Below the pieces are notes generated by a model that searched no databases, was not told the DNA's origin, and saw only the letters and a program-made list of their open reading frames with translations. 64,000 nt of DNA. Origin: Chitinophagaceae bacterium (lineage in GTDB: Bacteria > Bacteroidota > Bacteroidia > Chitinophagales > Chitinophagaceae). Where the stretch lies: NCBI GenBank assembly GCA_017307735.1, contig JAFKGR010000019.1, positions 2,622 through 66,621 of the forward strand, in the 5' to 3' direction. Below are positions 39,420 to 50,116 of this stretch, one piece after another. The position numbers and the translations under genes are program-made. How positions within the stretch are numbered: position 1 is the first letter of the stretch; every line of letters begins with the position of its first letter.

Positions 39420-40604
39420 ATGCAATCCAGGTTAGAATATTTATTTGAATGTTATGTGCAGCGAAATTGTTCTTCAGTCGAAGAGGAAGAATTGATGGGA
39501 TTACTGGCACAATCTGAAAACAGGGAAGAGGTACAAAAATTATTAGTTTCCATTATAGAAAATACAGATTCGGAAACGAAGATGCCGGAGGAAACGGCGG
39601 CATCCATGCTGAAAAATATATTGCAAAAAGATAAAGTTCCTGTGGTTGATTTAAAAGGTGAAAAGACCGTTTTTATGTCGTGGAAAAGGGTAGCTGCTGC
39701 AGTGGTGATTTTATTTATTTCGGGAGCAGCTTATTTGGTTGTTTCCAGGCAGAATAAAGGGAAGGTAATGGCTTCAACCGAAGTACCAGGCAAACAAACT
39801 ACAAAAATTTTGCCGGGAGGAAATCATGCAACACTTACTTTGGCTGATGGAAGCACAATCGAATTGGATAGTGTTCAGAACGGAAATATACAACGGGGAA
39901 ATGCTACAATAACCAAGCAGGGCGGTTTATTGGTTTATGATGAATCCTCACAACAGGCAAAAGCAGGAACAGCTGTTGTTTATAACACTCTTACCACACC
40001 ACGCGGAGGACAATATAAACTGATATTAGCAGATGGCAGTAAGGTATGGCTTAATGCTTCATCATCTTTACGCTTTCCTACGGCTTTCACTGGTAAAGAA
40101 CGAAATGTAGAATTAAAAGGGGAAGCGTATTTTGAAGTAGCCAAAAATAAGGGAAAGCCCTTTCATGTAAATGTAAATGGTATGCAGGTTGAAGTTTTAG
40201 GTACACATTTTAATGTTAATGGTTATTCAGATGAAAACTCCATAAAGACAAGTTTACTTGAAGGAAGTGTCAGAATAAAAAGAGGCAGAGTATCCGCCTT
40301 ATTGAAACCAGGGCAGCAGGGAATATTAGAAAATAATAATGATTTGAATATTAAGAAGGTGAACATGGATGATGTAATTGCCTGGAAAAATGGATTGTTC
40401 CAGTTTGATGGGGCAGGTATTAAAACAATTATGCAGGAGATTGGCAGGTGGTATAATGTAGAAATTGTTTATTCAGGAAAGGTTCCGGAAAGAAGTTTTG
40501 TGGGAAAGATTAGTAGAGATGCTGCATTACCCGACGTATTGAAAATCCTTGAGCTGAGTAATGTAAAATTTAATGTTGTAGGAAGAAAAATAATTGTACA
40601 GTAG
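39420..40604 (+). CDS. FecR-family anti-sigma factor
   Basis: Single TM; LADGSKVWLNASSSLRFP, VELKGEAYFEVAKN, VEVLGTHFNV, AWKNGLFQF. Confidence 0.95.
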   Translation: MQSRLEYLFECYVQRNCSSVEEEELMGLLAQSENREEVQKLLVSIIENTDSETKMPEETAASMLKNILQKDKVPVVDLKGEKTVFMSWKRVAAAVVILFISGAAYLVVSRQNKGKVMASTEVPGKQTTKILPGGNHATLTLADGSTIELDSVQNGNIQRGNATITKQGGLLVYDESSQQAKAGTAVVYNTLTTPRGGQYKLILADGSKVWLNASSSLRFPTAFTGKERNVELKGEAYFEVAKNKGKPFHVNVNGMQVEVLGTHFNVNGYSDENSIKTSLLEGSVRIKRGRVSALLKPGQQGILENNNDLNIKKVNMDDVIAWKNGLFQFDGAGIKTIMQEIGRWYNVEIVYSGKVPERSFVGKISRDAALPDVLKILELSNVKFNVVGRKIIVQ

Positions 40605-40716
40605 GAAGCAGGAACTCGTTGTTTTGTCATCTTACTGTTTAAAGAGGAAATTAAAAAAACAACTGGAAAACGAATTGTTATATATATCCTGATTACAAAT
40701 TAAGTAAAACAAAAAA

Positions 40717-40743
40717 GTCAGCAATGTTCGCAGCATCGCTGAC
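40717..40743 (+). promoter_or_regulatory. Stem-loop in the fecR-susC leader
   Basis: GTCAGCAATG-ttcgcag-CATCGCTGAC (9/10 paired) preceded by AAAAAA; same layout as 12150. Confidence 0.65.
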
Positions 40744-40796
40744 CTAAGGCTAAAACTTGTCGTTGAAACAAAATTTTATAACCAAAAATCAAAGCT

Positions 40797-43700
40797 ATGA
40801 TTTTAAAACCAGGCAACCAAAACGATAACGTTGCCACATCCTTAAAAGCCAAAACATGGATGATTATGAAATTAACAATTGCCTTATTGTTATTTTTTAC
40901 CTTCCAGGTTAGCGCTAAAACCCTTGCGCAGAGAATCACTATAGTTAAAAATAATATTCATCTTTCAGAGGTATTTAAAGATATTGAACAACAAACAGAG
41001 TATCATTTTTTCTATGATAAGGACCTGATAAAAAACACGTACCCAATTGACATTGGTATTAAAAATGCAACTTTAGATCAGGCGTTATCAGTGTGCTTAA
41101 AAGGGCAGAATCTGACTTATTCGGTTGTGAAAAATACAGTGGTGATAAGGCCGGAAATAAAAACAAATTACCATCAGGTTCAGCCTACTTTCCCACTTAA
41201 GAATCCTACTGTACAACTGTCTATTGAGATTCATGGACGGGTAGTGAACGAGCAGGGAGATCCCCTGCAAGATGCCAGTGTAACGATTAAAGGCACTAAT
41301 AAAGGTGTTGTCACAAATAGCAACGGAGATTTTACGATTGATGTTCCAGATACTAAGGCAGTGATTATATTTAGTTTTACCGGTTATAAATCGCAAGAAA
41401 TCAGGGTTGACAACAAATCCACAATAAATGTAATACTGGTAAGAGAGGACAATGCTTTAAATGAAGTTGTTGTTACAGCGTTAGGAATCAAACAGGAGAA
41501 AAAGACTCTTACTTATGCTACCCAAAGCGTAAACCCCGAACAGATGACAAAAGCGCGGGAGCTGAATGTAATAAATTCATTAGAGGGGAAAGTCGCCGGT
41601 TTAAACATTAGTCAGACCGGAAGTGGAGTTGGCGCACCTTCAAGGGTGACATTGCGTGGAAACCGTTCTATCAATGGGGACAGCCAGCCTTTATATATTA
41701 TTGATGGTGTACCTGTGCTTGGAGTACCAGAGTTTTTGAACTCTGATGAAATAGCTTCCATTGAAGTATTAAAGGGGTCAAATGCTGCAGCCCTGTATGG
41801 AAGTGATGCACAAAACGGAGCAATTATTATTACCACTAAGAAAGGGCGAGAAGGTGTAACAAAGGTGTCACTCAACAACACATTTATGGCGAGCCAGGCC
41901 GATCTTAGTATCCCGTTTCAGAACGTTTATGGTCAGGGAATCAACGGAACATATCAGAAAGGTTCAGGTTATTCATGGGGTCCGAAGATGGAAGGACAAT
42001 CTGTTAGTAACTGGACACTCGATCCTTCCAGGGCAGGCGAGACGTATTCAATGACTCCGCAACCTGATAATGTAAAAGATATTTTTCAAACCGGCTATAC
42101 CATATCGAACAATTTACAGGCAAGTCTTGGGGGAAAGAATACACAGGCTTTTTTTTCTCTCACTTCTACTGAAGGTAGAGGAATTTTATCCAGTAATAAA
42201 TTACAACGAAATAATTTAATGGCTCGGGTAACCAGTAGTCTTTCAAAGAAATTTTCACTTGATGTCAAACTAAGTTACACAAGGCAGAAAATTGATAATC
42301 CTTTGAGACAGAGTACGGATAATTTTAACCCAATGCAGCAGATATATGATATTCCAAGAAATATCAGAACGCAGGATGCAAAAAAATTTGAATTTCCCGA
42401 TGCAAATGGGGTTATGCAGCAGGATTTCTGGGCACCCGGATTTTCATCAACAGCTGAAAATCCTTATTGGGTTTTAAATCGTAATCTTTTTGAAGAGGAA
42501 GTTGGTAGAATAACTGGCATGGCTTCGCTAACTTATCACATTCTGGACAATTTAGACCTGATGGTTCGCAGCTCATATGACAGAGTTGATGAAACTGATG
42601 AGCAAAAGGATTATAACGGAACGTTAGTTAGAGCTTTACATGGACGATACTATGTAACCAAAAGAAATAATTATGAATTTAATAGTGATTTTCTTTTATC
42701 CTACAATAAAGACCTTTCCGAAAATTGGGATTTAGATTTACATGCGGGAGGAAATGTCAAGAATCGGCTGTTGAATGAATCCTTAAGTTCCAATACGGGA
42801 GATGCACTTTCGATACCAAACTTCTTCTCATTATCTAATACCACGCTGCCTGTAACCAGCTATAATCCCGGAGCTCCGATTAATATACAATCCTTGTATG
42901 CATTTGGTAAAATTAGTTGGAAAGATGCCATCTTTTTGGATTTGACGGGTCGTAATGATTGGAGTTCTACGTTACCTGCGAGCAGCCGTTCATATTTTTA
43001 TCCGTCGGCCGGATTGTCCGTGATTCTTTCAGATTTGATTCCTTCTTTTCCTAAAGTATTCGATTTTGCAAAAATCAGGGCTTCATATGCAAAGGTCGGA
43101 AGCAGTGCGCCCCCGTTTATGTTACAACGTACGGCAACATTTTCTGCCGGAGGATCAAACGGCTTTATTGCTTTAGGTAATACTTTGCCCAACAAAAATC
43201 TTAAGCCTGAAGAGACGAAGTCTTTTGAAAGTGGGGTTGATGTACGTTTCCTTAAAGGAAGGTTGGGATTAAATTTTACATACTTTAAGACCAATACAGT
43301 AAATCAATTGTTCACGATTGCATTACCAGTCGGTTCTGGCGCAGCTTCTTTCTATACCAATGGAGGGAATATTCAAAATAAAGGAGTGGAGGTTGTTTTA
43401 AACACCGTGCCTGTACAAACAAAGAATTTCAGATGGACGCTTGATGTCAATTTTTCTCATTTGAAGAATACTGTTGTGAGTATATCTGACGAACGGCCAA
43501 AAGTTGTTATTGCATCAAACTTTGCTTCCGATTACGTAATACAGCAGGGACTTCCTTTTGGAGATATTTTTACCATTGGGTTTAAGCGGGATAGTATCGG
43601 TAGAGTAATAGTAGGAAGTAATGGTGTCCCACAAGTGGTAAATAGTAAAAATCATGACATTGGCCATTACACTCCTGATTGGACGTCAGGCATCTCAAGT

Positions 43701-44225
43701 TCTTTTTCATATAAAAGGTTTAATTTATCATTTGTTATTGATCACAGGCAGGGCGGCATCGTTGAATCTTTTACAAGAGCCTCTCTTGATTTTCTCGGAG
43801 TATCCAAAGAAACACTTCAGGGAAGAGAAGGCGGGCTAATTTTTGGACAGAATATTTTTAAGAATTATACAGCGGTTACGGAGGATGGCAAGGTAAATAC
43901 CATCCCGGTTGATGCCCAAACCCTTTGGAGTACCATTGGGAATATAAGTTTGCCCGTTGGTGAAGTATATGCTTTGGATGCAACCAATACGCGTCTGCGG
44001 GAACTAATTATTGGTTATACTCTGCCAGAATCTTTCACGAGGAAGTTACATCTATCCGGCGTAGATGTTTCTCTGGTAGGCAGAAATCTATTTTTTATTT
44101 CCAGAGCCACTCCGGGCCTTGATCCGGACATTCTAACCGGAACAGGCACTTCTTCTGAAGGCTATTCAACTTATCCACCACCTTCCACCCGTTCTTATGG
44201 CATTAACGTGAAAATTAATTTTTAA
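40797..44225 (+). CDS. SusC/RagA TonB-dependent transporter with N-terminal signalling extension
   Basis: MKLTIALLLFFTFQVSA then STN-like domain; EIASIEVLKGSNAAALYGSDAQNGAIIITTKKG; GRNDWSSTLP; C-terminal YGINVKINF. Confidence 0.97.
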   Translation: MILKPGNQNDNVATSLKAKTWMIMKLTIALLLFFTFQVSAKTLAQRITIVKNNIHLSEVFKDIEQQTEYHFFYDKDLIKNTYPIDIGIKNATLDQALSVCLKGQNLTYSVVKNTVVIRPEIKTNYHQVQPTFPLKNPTVQLSIEIHGRVVNEQGDPLQDASVTIKGTNKGVVTNSNGDFTIDVPDTKAVIIFSFTGYKSQEIRVDNKSTINVILVREDNALNEVVVTALGIKQEKKTLTYATQSVNPEQMTKARELNVINSLEGKVAGLNISQTGSGVGAPSRVTLRGNRSINGDSQPLYIIDGVPVLGVPEFLNSDEIASIEVLKGSNAAALYGSDAQNGAIIITTKKGREGVTKVSLNNTFMASQADLSIPFQNVYGQGINGTYQKGSGYSWGPKMEGQSVSNWTLDPSRAGETYSMTPQPDNVKDIFQTGYTISNNLQASLGGKNTQAFFSLTSTEGRGILSSNKLQRNNLMARVTSSLSKKFSLDVKLSYTRQKIDNPLRQSTDNFNPMQQIYDIPRNIRTQDAKKFEFPDANGVMQQDFWAPGFSSTAENPYWVLNRNLFEEEVGRITGMASLTYHILDNLDLMVRSSYDRVDETDEQKDYNGTLVRALHGRYYVTKRNNYEFNSDFLLSYNKDLSENWDLDLHAGGNVKNRLLNESLSSNTGDALSIPNFFSLSNTTLPVTSYNPGAPINIQSLYAFGKISWKDAIFLDLTGRNDWSSTLPASSRSYFYPSAGLSVILSDLIPSFPKVFDFAKIRASYAKVGSSAPPFMLQRTATFSAGGSNGFIALGNTLPNKNLKPEETKSFESGVDVRFLKGRLGLNFTYFKTNTVNQLFTIALPVGSGAASFYTNGGNIQNKGVEVVLNTVPVQTKNFRWTLDVNFSHLKNTVVSISDERPKVVIASNFASDYVIQQGLPFGDIFTIGFKRDSIGRVIVGSNGVPQVVNSKNHDIGHYTPDWTSGISSSFSYKRFNLSFVIDHRQGGIVESFTRASLDFLGVSKETLQGREGGLIFGQNIFKNYTAVTEDGKVNTIPVDAQTLWSTIGNISLPVGEVYALDATNTRLRELIIGYTLPESFTRKLHLSGVDVSLVGRNLFFISRATPGLDPDILTGTGTSSEGYSTYPPPSTRSYGINVKINF

Positions 44226-44246
44226 AAAATTATAAAAGATACTGTT

Positions 44247-45887
44247 ATGAATACCATTAAAATAAAACAAGGGTTATCTAATATATTCCTGCTGATTTTC
44301 CTTCTGGCTCTTGGCGGATGTACCAAAAATTTTGATACGATTAATACCCCTAAAAACACTTTGACTGCCGGTCAGATTAATTCCGCAACTATAGGGCAGG
44401 CTTTCGCAGATGCCCAGTATTGGGGACTTGTGGGAGATGGCAGTGGATGGGAACTGATGCATGAGTTGCATGCAAATCTATATTCCCAGATTTTTGCTAC
44501 CACATCTTCAGGTTTTAATACAGATCAATTCCAGGAGACTGCATCATGGGTTGACGCAGGCTGGAGAGCTTTTTATTCAGGCCCAGCAGTCATGATCAAG
44601 TTTGTAGAGGATTTTACTCAGGAGAATAATATGCCGGCTGCTAATGCGATCGCAAAAATATATAGTGTTCCAATGTATGAACGAATGACTGACTTTTTCG
44701 GCCCGATTCCTTTTTCTCAATTCGGGAATGGTAAAACAACTGTACCATATGATTCCCAGCAGTCTATTTATGAGGCTTTCTTTAAAATACTTGATTCTGC
44801 AGTACTCGTTTTGAAACAAAATACCAGTGCGACTTCGTTTGGAACAAACGACATTATTTACCAGGGTAAAATAGATAAGTGGATAACATTTGCTAATTCG
44901 TTGAGGTTGAGACTTGCAATGCGAATTGTATATGCCGATCCTTCATTGGCACAACAGGAAGCAGAAAAAGCCGTTGCAGCCGGTGTAATGATGTCTAACA
45001 GTGATAATGCTCTTATCCTGACTACCCCTAATAACCTAAATTATTTAACCCGCTGGAGTTATATTAATCCATTTACAATGAGTGCTACCCAGGAGAGCAT
45101 ATTAGTAGGTTTTAATGACCCAAGACTTTTTGCTTTTTGGAATCAGGGGGGCGGCAGGCTTGGAGGTAATATGGGATACAATGGGTTAAGAAATGGATTA
45201 CCCAGAGTTTTAAAAACCACGTCTGTAAGAAACGGGATGGCCGGCAATTCATTTGTCTCAAATCAATTTTTACCCTTAGCTGATGGAGGCACAAATCCCC
45301 GTTGTATTGTTATGACTGCTTCTGAAGTATATTTCCTGAGGGCAGAAGGTGCGTTAAGAGGTTGGAATATGGGAGGAACAGCAGAAGATTTGTATAACAA
45401 TGGCATTACACAATCATTAAAATATTGGACAAACTCTACAGATCTGGATATCCAGAATTATATAAATAGCACTAATACACCATCGGCTGTTCCTGATGGA
45501 ATAGTTAATGCTACATTTAACACTCCTCCTGAATCTGATATCACTGTTAAATACCAGGGTACCGCAGGTTTTGAAACTCAGCTAGAGCAAATAATTACTC
45601 AAAAATGGATAGATTCCTACTTAACTCCGTGGGAGGCATGGGCAGAGCGCAGGAGGACCGGATATCCCAGGGGATATGCCATAATTGCATCCTTAGATCC
45701 GTCTATACCTGTAACTGCCATAATCAGAAGAATGGTTTTTGCTCCAAGTGAGTTTAGTAATAATCAAGTTGAAGCAAATAAAGCAGTTACATTATTGGGA
45801 GGACCCGATATAACGATGACCAGGGTTTGGTGGGATAAAAAGCCATTGGCCGACTATCCTGATTTGTCCAGTTCGATTGTTCATTGA
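44247..45887 (+). CDS. SusD/RagB-like nutrient-binding lipoprotein (SusD-like_2 type)
   Basis: Lipobox LGGC, TDFFGPIPFSQ, WITFANSLRLRLAMR, SEVYFLRAEGALRGW, LEQIITQKW, EAWAERRRTGYP. Confidence 0.93.
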   Translation: MNTIKIKQGLSNIFLLIFLLALGGCTKNFDTINTPKNTLTAGQINSATIGQAFADAQYWGLVGDGSGWELMHELHANLYSQIFATTSSGFNTDQFQETASWVDAGWRAFYSGPAVMIKFVEDFTQENNMPAANAIAKIYSVPMYERMTDFFGPIPFSQFGNGKTTVPYDSQQSIYEAFFKILDSAVLVLKQNTSATSFGTNDIIYQGKIDKWITFANSLRLRLAMRIVYADPSLAQQEAEKAVAAGVMMSNSDNALILTTPNNLNYLTRWSYINPFTMSATQESILVGFNDPRLFAFWNQGGGRLGGNMGYNGLRNGLPRVLKTTSVRNGMAGNSFVSNQFLPLADGGTNPRCIVMTASEVYFLRAEGALRGWNMGGTAEDLYNNGITQSLKYWTNSTDLDIQNYINSTNTPSAVPDGIVNATFNTPPESDITVKYQGTAGFETQLEQIITQKWIDSYLTPWEAWAERRRTGYPRGYAIIASLDPSIPVTAIIRRMVFAPSEFSNNQVEANKAVTLLGGPDITMTRVWWDKKPLADYPDLSSSIVH

Positions 45888-46075
45888 ATTTAATTTTCTG
45901 ACTCCAACAGCAATCAATCCCTATTTATTAATTATTGTTTTAAGAAACTGAGAATTCTAATTATTTGTTCATTCACTTTAGTCCTATTATAAAAGCTTTT
46001 AAAGTCTAAGTTATTTCTGGGCCGCCAAAGATCAGGTAATACATGGACTAAAGTCGTCAAAGTAAATTCTTTAAA

Positions 46076-48715
46076 ATGATGAAATCAAGGTTCATAATAA
46101 CCATTATTTTTTTCTTTTTTGGGATACCGGATTTTTGTCTTGCGCAAAAAGTCCAATCAGAAAATAACATTGTCTCTTTGAAGATCAGGCAGGACTTTTT
46201 TGATAGAGGTAATCTTATCAAAAATAATTCTTTTGAACTGGCAACCGTTAAAGGGAATGACAGTGTTATTCACAATTTTAGTCTTTTAAACTGGACTGTT
46301 ATTGGTAAAAATGTGCAATTAACTGATATTACCCGAAGGAGCAGTAACGACTCAGAGGCATATTCCGGAATTCATGCGATAAAAATTGTCAGGTCAAAAG
46401 AGGATGTAAAAGAAATAGACAATGAATCTGAAGGTGTATTAACTGATTTTATTGAGGTGATACCTGGTAATTTTGATTTCTATTTTGATATTCGGCTGGA
46501 AAATATCATTCCATCACCCTATCCTGAAAGATATCATTCCAGAATCGACAAAGGAATCGATATTCACCTGCAATTTTACGATAAGAATAAAAAACCGATC
46601 AATCCGGGATATTATTTTGAATACGTGAATAAAAAAGTAGATAATAGTTTCAAAGGTTTTGCATTCTCTAATTTTTTCTATATTGACAAGTTTGGTTGGG
46701 CGAGGGTAAAGGCGAGAACGTGGAATTATCCTTATTCCGAAGGAGATCTGCCGGGTAATTGTAAGTATGTAAAAATCTTTGCAGGTTTGAAAAGTAGTGG
46801 TACAATGTGGATCGATAACCTTGATTTTCGTCTCTCGAAGTGGAGTTTCACTCCGATGGAAAGAATGGATTCTTTTTTCCAAAAGAAATATACACTTTCT
46901 CAGTTACTGATACCAGCACCCCGCCTTATGGCGAATCAACAAACTGTTGATTTGAAAAATAAGAAAGTTAGCCTGGTTTACGATGGAAAACAATTTCCTG
47001 AAATGAATGCGGCCATTACACTGTTACGGGAAAGGTTCTTTAATATCTATCACGATTCAGTGCGGGTAGAAAAAACTGAAAAAGGTGCTGCAAATTCAAA
47101 AAAGCTTCAAATTATATTTTTAGATCAGGCAAACAAGGCCAGTACTGAATTCGCTCAATCTTATCATTCCATAGCCGGCAAGGACCAGGGTTATTTCATG
47201 CTTAAGAAAGCAAATAAGATTTATATCGGGGCCAATAAACCCACCGGTTATTTTTACGCTGCCAGCAGTTTATGTCAGCTGATCAATTATGAAAATAAAA
47301 CACTCGATTATGTGGATATTACCGATTATCCGGATTTTACCGGTCGTTCAACGGTACTAATGGGGTTTCAGAATAAGTGGGAAATGCAGCAAAATAAAAA
47401 GCTTTCAGATTCGGCATTGAACCAGAGAATACTGGAGCGGAACAAAAACCTTGACAGGCAGTTAAAGGATATTGATTTTTATGTCTTCTATAAGATTAAT
47501 TTACTTTATGATAATTATTTTTTGAATAGTAAAAGATGGTGGATGCCGGGAGAATTTTATAACACCTATTACTCAAAGATTGGCGACAAGTGTGCACAAT
47601 ATGGTGAGATCATGAATACGGCAGTACAGGTTAATCCTTATTACCACATTGAAATGGAGCAACGGGTGGATACTCTTACTGATTCTTTAAAAAATATTTT
47701 TTCGCACGGAACAGATGATGGATTTCAGAAAGTCTTAAACGTATTAAAGCCTGCTTTGGAAGCCGGTGCAAAAACGGTTATGGTATGTGCGGATGATTAT
47801 ATTCCTCATTTAGGATCTCAGCGTGGAGAATACATCTTATTTTCTAAATCGGATATATCGGAATTCACCAATCTTGCATCCGCTCAATATTATTTGCTCA
47901 ATAAGTTGAACAGATGGCTAAAGGAACACTATGGCGATATTCGTTTGGAATTTGTTCCGCCTCAATACAATAATTTATTTGTTGATTATACCCGCGGGAC
48001 TGCAGAATCCTATTTTCATGATCTGATGGAACATTTGGATCCGGATATTGTGATTGTCTGGACAGGGAACACGATACGTTCATTATCTTATGATGCTGCG
48101 GATATTTTTAGATTTACGGAATTAATACAAAAGAAGCCGATGGTGTGGGACAACTCTCCTTATGCCAGAATGGTGGAATCAAAAAATGGCGGGTACCCGA
48201 TAAATTACCCTGAAAAATCAGTTTTATGTAATTTGTTTGAGCCATTTGATATTCAATATCCGGAAAATTTCCCGTCCTATATTGATGATCATTATTATTC
48301 GAATCTGGGTGGATTTGGGGAAATAAATAAAATCAAGTATCTGACTTTTGCTGATTTTTCATGGAATACGAATGACTACAACCCCGATTTTTCTCTTTAT
48401 AAAGCACTTGTACATTACGTTGGAAAAACCAACGCCGGGCTTTTACTGAAGTTCAACGATGCTTATTATCAATTTGTATCACGATGGGGCAAATTACGTA
48501 TGGAACGGGAGCATAACCCATTATATCAATTAGAGGCCGATGAATTAAAATCAGCACAGCAGGATATGTCTGAGATGAAAGCCGCATTTAATGCCCTGCG
48601 TGTTATGGATAATAAAGCGCTGTATAACGAGCTGAGAAATGTTATGAACGTAAAAATAGAAGCGTGGAATAAATTAATTCAAACAGCCATTCCTCAGACT
48701 TCTTTGAAAAAATAA
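46076..48715 (+). CDS. Beta-N-acetylhexosaminidase-like protein (GH20b-like domain plus GH84/NAGidase-like barrel), secreted
   Basis: Signal peptide; QGYFMLKK...IYIGANKPTGYFYAASSLCQL and ITDYPDFTGR (GH20b-like); ADDY acid pair, VWTGNTI and WDNSPY resemble GH84 motifs. Confidence 0.68.
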   Translation: MMKSRFIITIIFFFFGIPDFCLAQKVQSENNIVSLKIRQDFFDRGNLIKNNSFELATVKGNDSVIHNFSLLNWTVIGKNVQLTDITRRSSNDSEAYSGIHAIKIVRSKEDVKEIDNESEGVLTDFIEVIPGNFDFYFDIRLENIIPSPYPERYHSRIDKGIDIHLQFYDKNKKPINPGYYFEYVNKKVDNSFKGFAFSNFFYIDKFGWARVKARTWNYPYSEGDLPGNCKYVKIFAGLKSSGTMWIDNLDFRLSKWSFTPMERMDSFFQKKYTLSQLLIPAPRLMANQQTVDLKNKKVSLVYDGKQFPEMNAAITLLRERFFNIYHDSVRVEKTEKGAANSKKLQIIFLDQANKASTEFAQSYHSIAGKDQGYFMLKKANKIYIGANKPTGYFYAASSLCQLINYENKTLDYVDITDYPDFTGRSTVLMGFQNKWEMQQNKKLSDSALNQRILERNKNLDRQLKDIDFYVFYKINLLYDNYFLNSKRWWMPGEFYNTYYSKIGDKCAQYGEIMNTAVQVNPYYHIEMEQRVDTLTDSLKNIFSHGTDDGFQKVLNVLKPALEAGAKTVMVCADDYIPHLGSQRGEYILFSKSDISEFTNLASAQYYLLNKLNRWLKEHYGDIRLEFVPPQYNNLFVDYTRGTAESYFHDLMEHLDPDIVIVWTGNTIRSLSYDAADIFRFTELIQKKPMVWDNSPYARMVESKNGGYPINYPEKSVLCNLFEPFDIQYPENFPSYIDDHYYSNLGGFGEINKIKYLTFADFSWNTNDYNPDFSLYKALVHYVGKTNAGLLLKFNDAYYQFVSRWGKLRMEREHNPLYQLEADELKSAQQDMSEMKAAFNALRVMDNKALYNELRNVMNVKIEAWNKLIQTAIPQTSLKK

Positions 48716-48726
48716 TAAAATATATC

Positions 48727-49914
48727 TTGATGGAAAAGAAACTAAAAATAACTAACGGCCGGATTCTGACTCCTTTCCGGATTATTTCAAATGGAACCGT
48801 AGTTGTAACTGATAATAGGATCACTGACGTAGTGGAAGGAAATGTACACGTTGCCAGAGCAATCGAAATAGATGCACAGGGTCAATATATTTCTCCGGGA
48901 TTTATCGATATACATGTACACGGTGGTGGGGGAAGCGATTTTATGGATGGGACAGTGGAAGCATTTTTAAAAGTAGCAGAGACTCATGCTCGTTATGGGA
49001 CTTCCTCCATGTTACCGACCACGCTCACCAGTGAGACCGAAGAGCTTTTTCATACTTTGGAAATTTATAAGGAGGCTAACAAATCAAATCTTCTCGGTGC
49101 TCAATTCCTTGGAATCCATCTTGAGGGGCCCTATTTTGCTTTGAATCAGAAGGGAGCACAGGACCCGCGATATATCCGTAATCCAGATCCGAAGGAATAT
49201 AAGGAGATATTATCCCGTTCATCGGACATCAGACGATGGAGCGCTGCTCCTGAGCTGGAAGGCGCCATTGAATTTGCACGTTACCTTAAGTCTAAGGGAA
49301 TACTGGTAGCACTTGCTCATACCGATGCTGTCTATGAAGAAGCTTTACTTGGTTTTGAAAATGGATTTACTCTCGCCACTCATTTCTATTCGTGCATGAA
49401 TGGAGTTACACGCAAAAATGCACTACGCTATGCCGGTGCTATAGAATGTGCTTACTTAGTTGATGAAATGGATGTGGAGGTCATTGCCGATGGAATACAC
49501 TGTCCGCCGCCCCTATTAAAATTAATATATAAAATAAAAGGAGTCGACCGGACAGCATTGATCACCGATTCTATGAGAGCAGCCGGCATGCCAGAGGGAG
49601 AAAGTATTTTAGGCAGTCTGAATAATGGGCTGAGGGTTATTGTTGAAGACGGAGTTGCAAAATTGCCGGACCGGACTTCTTTTGCAGGAAGCGTAGCTAC
49701 AACGGATCGGCTGGTACGTACTATGGTAAAGATGGCGGATGTCCCTTTACTTGACGCTGTAAAGATGGCTGCAAAAACTCCTGCTTCTATTCTGGGGATT
49801 TCTGATCGGAAAGGTTCTTTATTACCTGGGAAAGATGCGGATATTTTGATTTTTAATGATGATATTGAAATACAAACTACCATCATTAATGGAAAGGTTA
49901 TTTATAGTAAGTAA
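48727..49914 (+). CDS. nagA: N-acetylglucosamine-6-phosphate deacetylase
   Basis: PGFIDIHVHGGGG, GIHLEGPY, AHTDA, ATHFYSCM, IADGIHC, LITDSM, FAGSVAT. Confidence 0.93.
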   Translation: MMEKKLKITNGRILTPFRIISNGTVVVTDNRITDVVEGNVHVARAIEIDAQGQYISPGFIDIHVHGGGGSDFMDGTVEAFLKVAETHARYGTSSMLPTTLTSETEELFHTLEIYKEANKSNLLGAQFLGIHLEGPYFALNQKGAQDPRYIRNPDPKEYKEILSRSSDIRRWSAAPELEGAIEFARYLKSKGILVALAHTDAVYEEALLGFENGFTLATHFYSCMNGVTRKNALRYAGAIECAYLVDEMDVEVIADGIHCPPPLLKLIYKIKGVDRTALITDSMRAAGMPEGESILGSLNNGLRVIVEDGVAKLPDRTSFAGSVATTDRLVRTMVKMADVPLLDAVKMAAKTPASILGISDRKGSLLPGKDADILIFNDDIEIQTTIINGKVIYSK

Positions 49915-50116
49915 GCCTGCCTGATTTGTTGAATAAGGTTCATATTTCTGCAGGCATGGGCCGGATCTGTTATCCTAATTCTTCAAAAGGCAAAACAATT
50001 AAAATCGAATGCTGAAGCCGGGAAAAGTTATACGAAGTAAAGACAATGAAAAAACATAAAAGATTTTATGATGTACGCTATAAAGTTCAAATAAGTTATT
50101 AAACAAAAATTCAATT

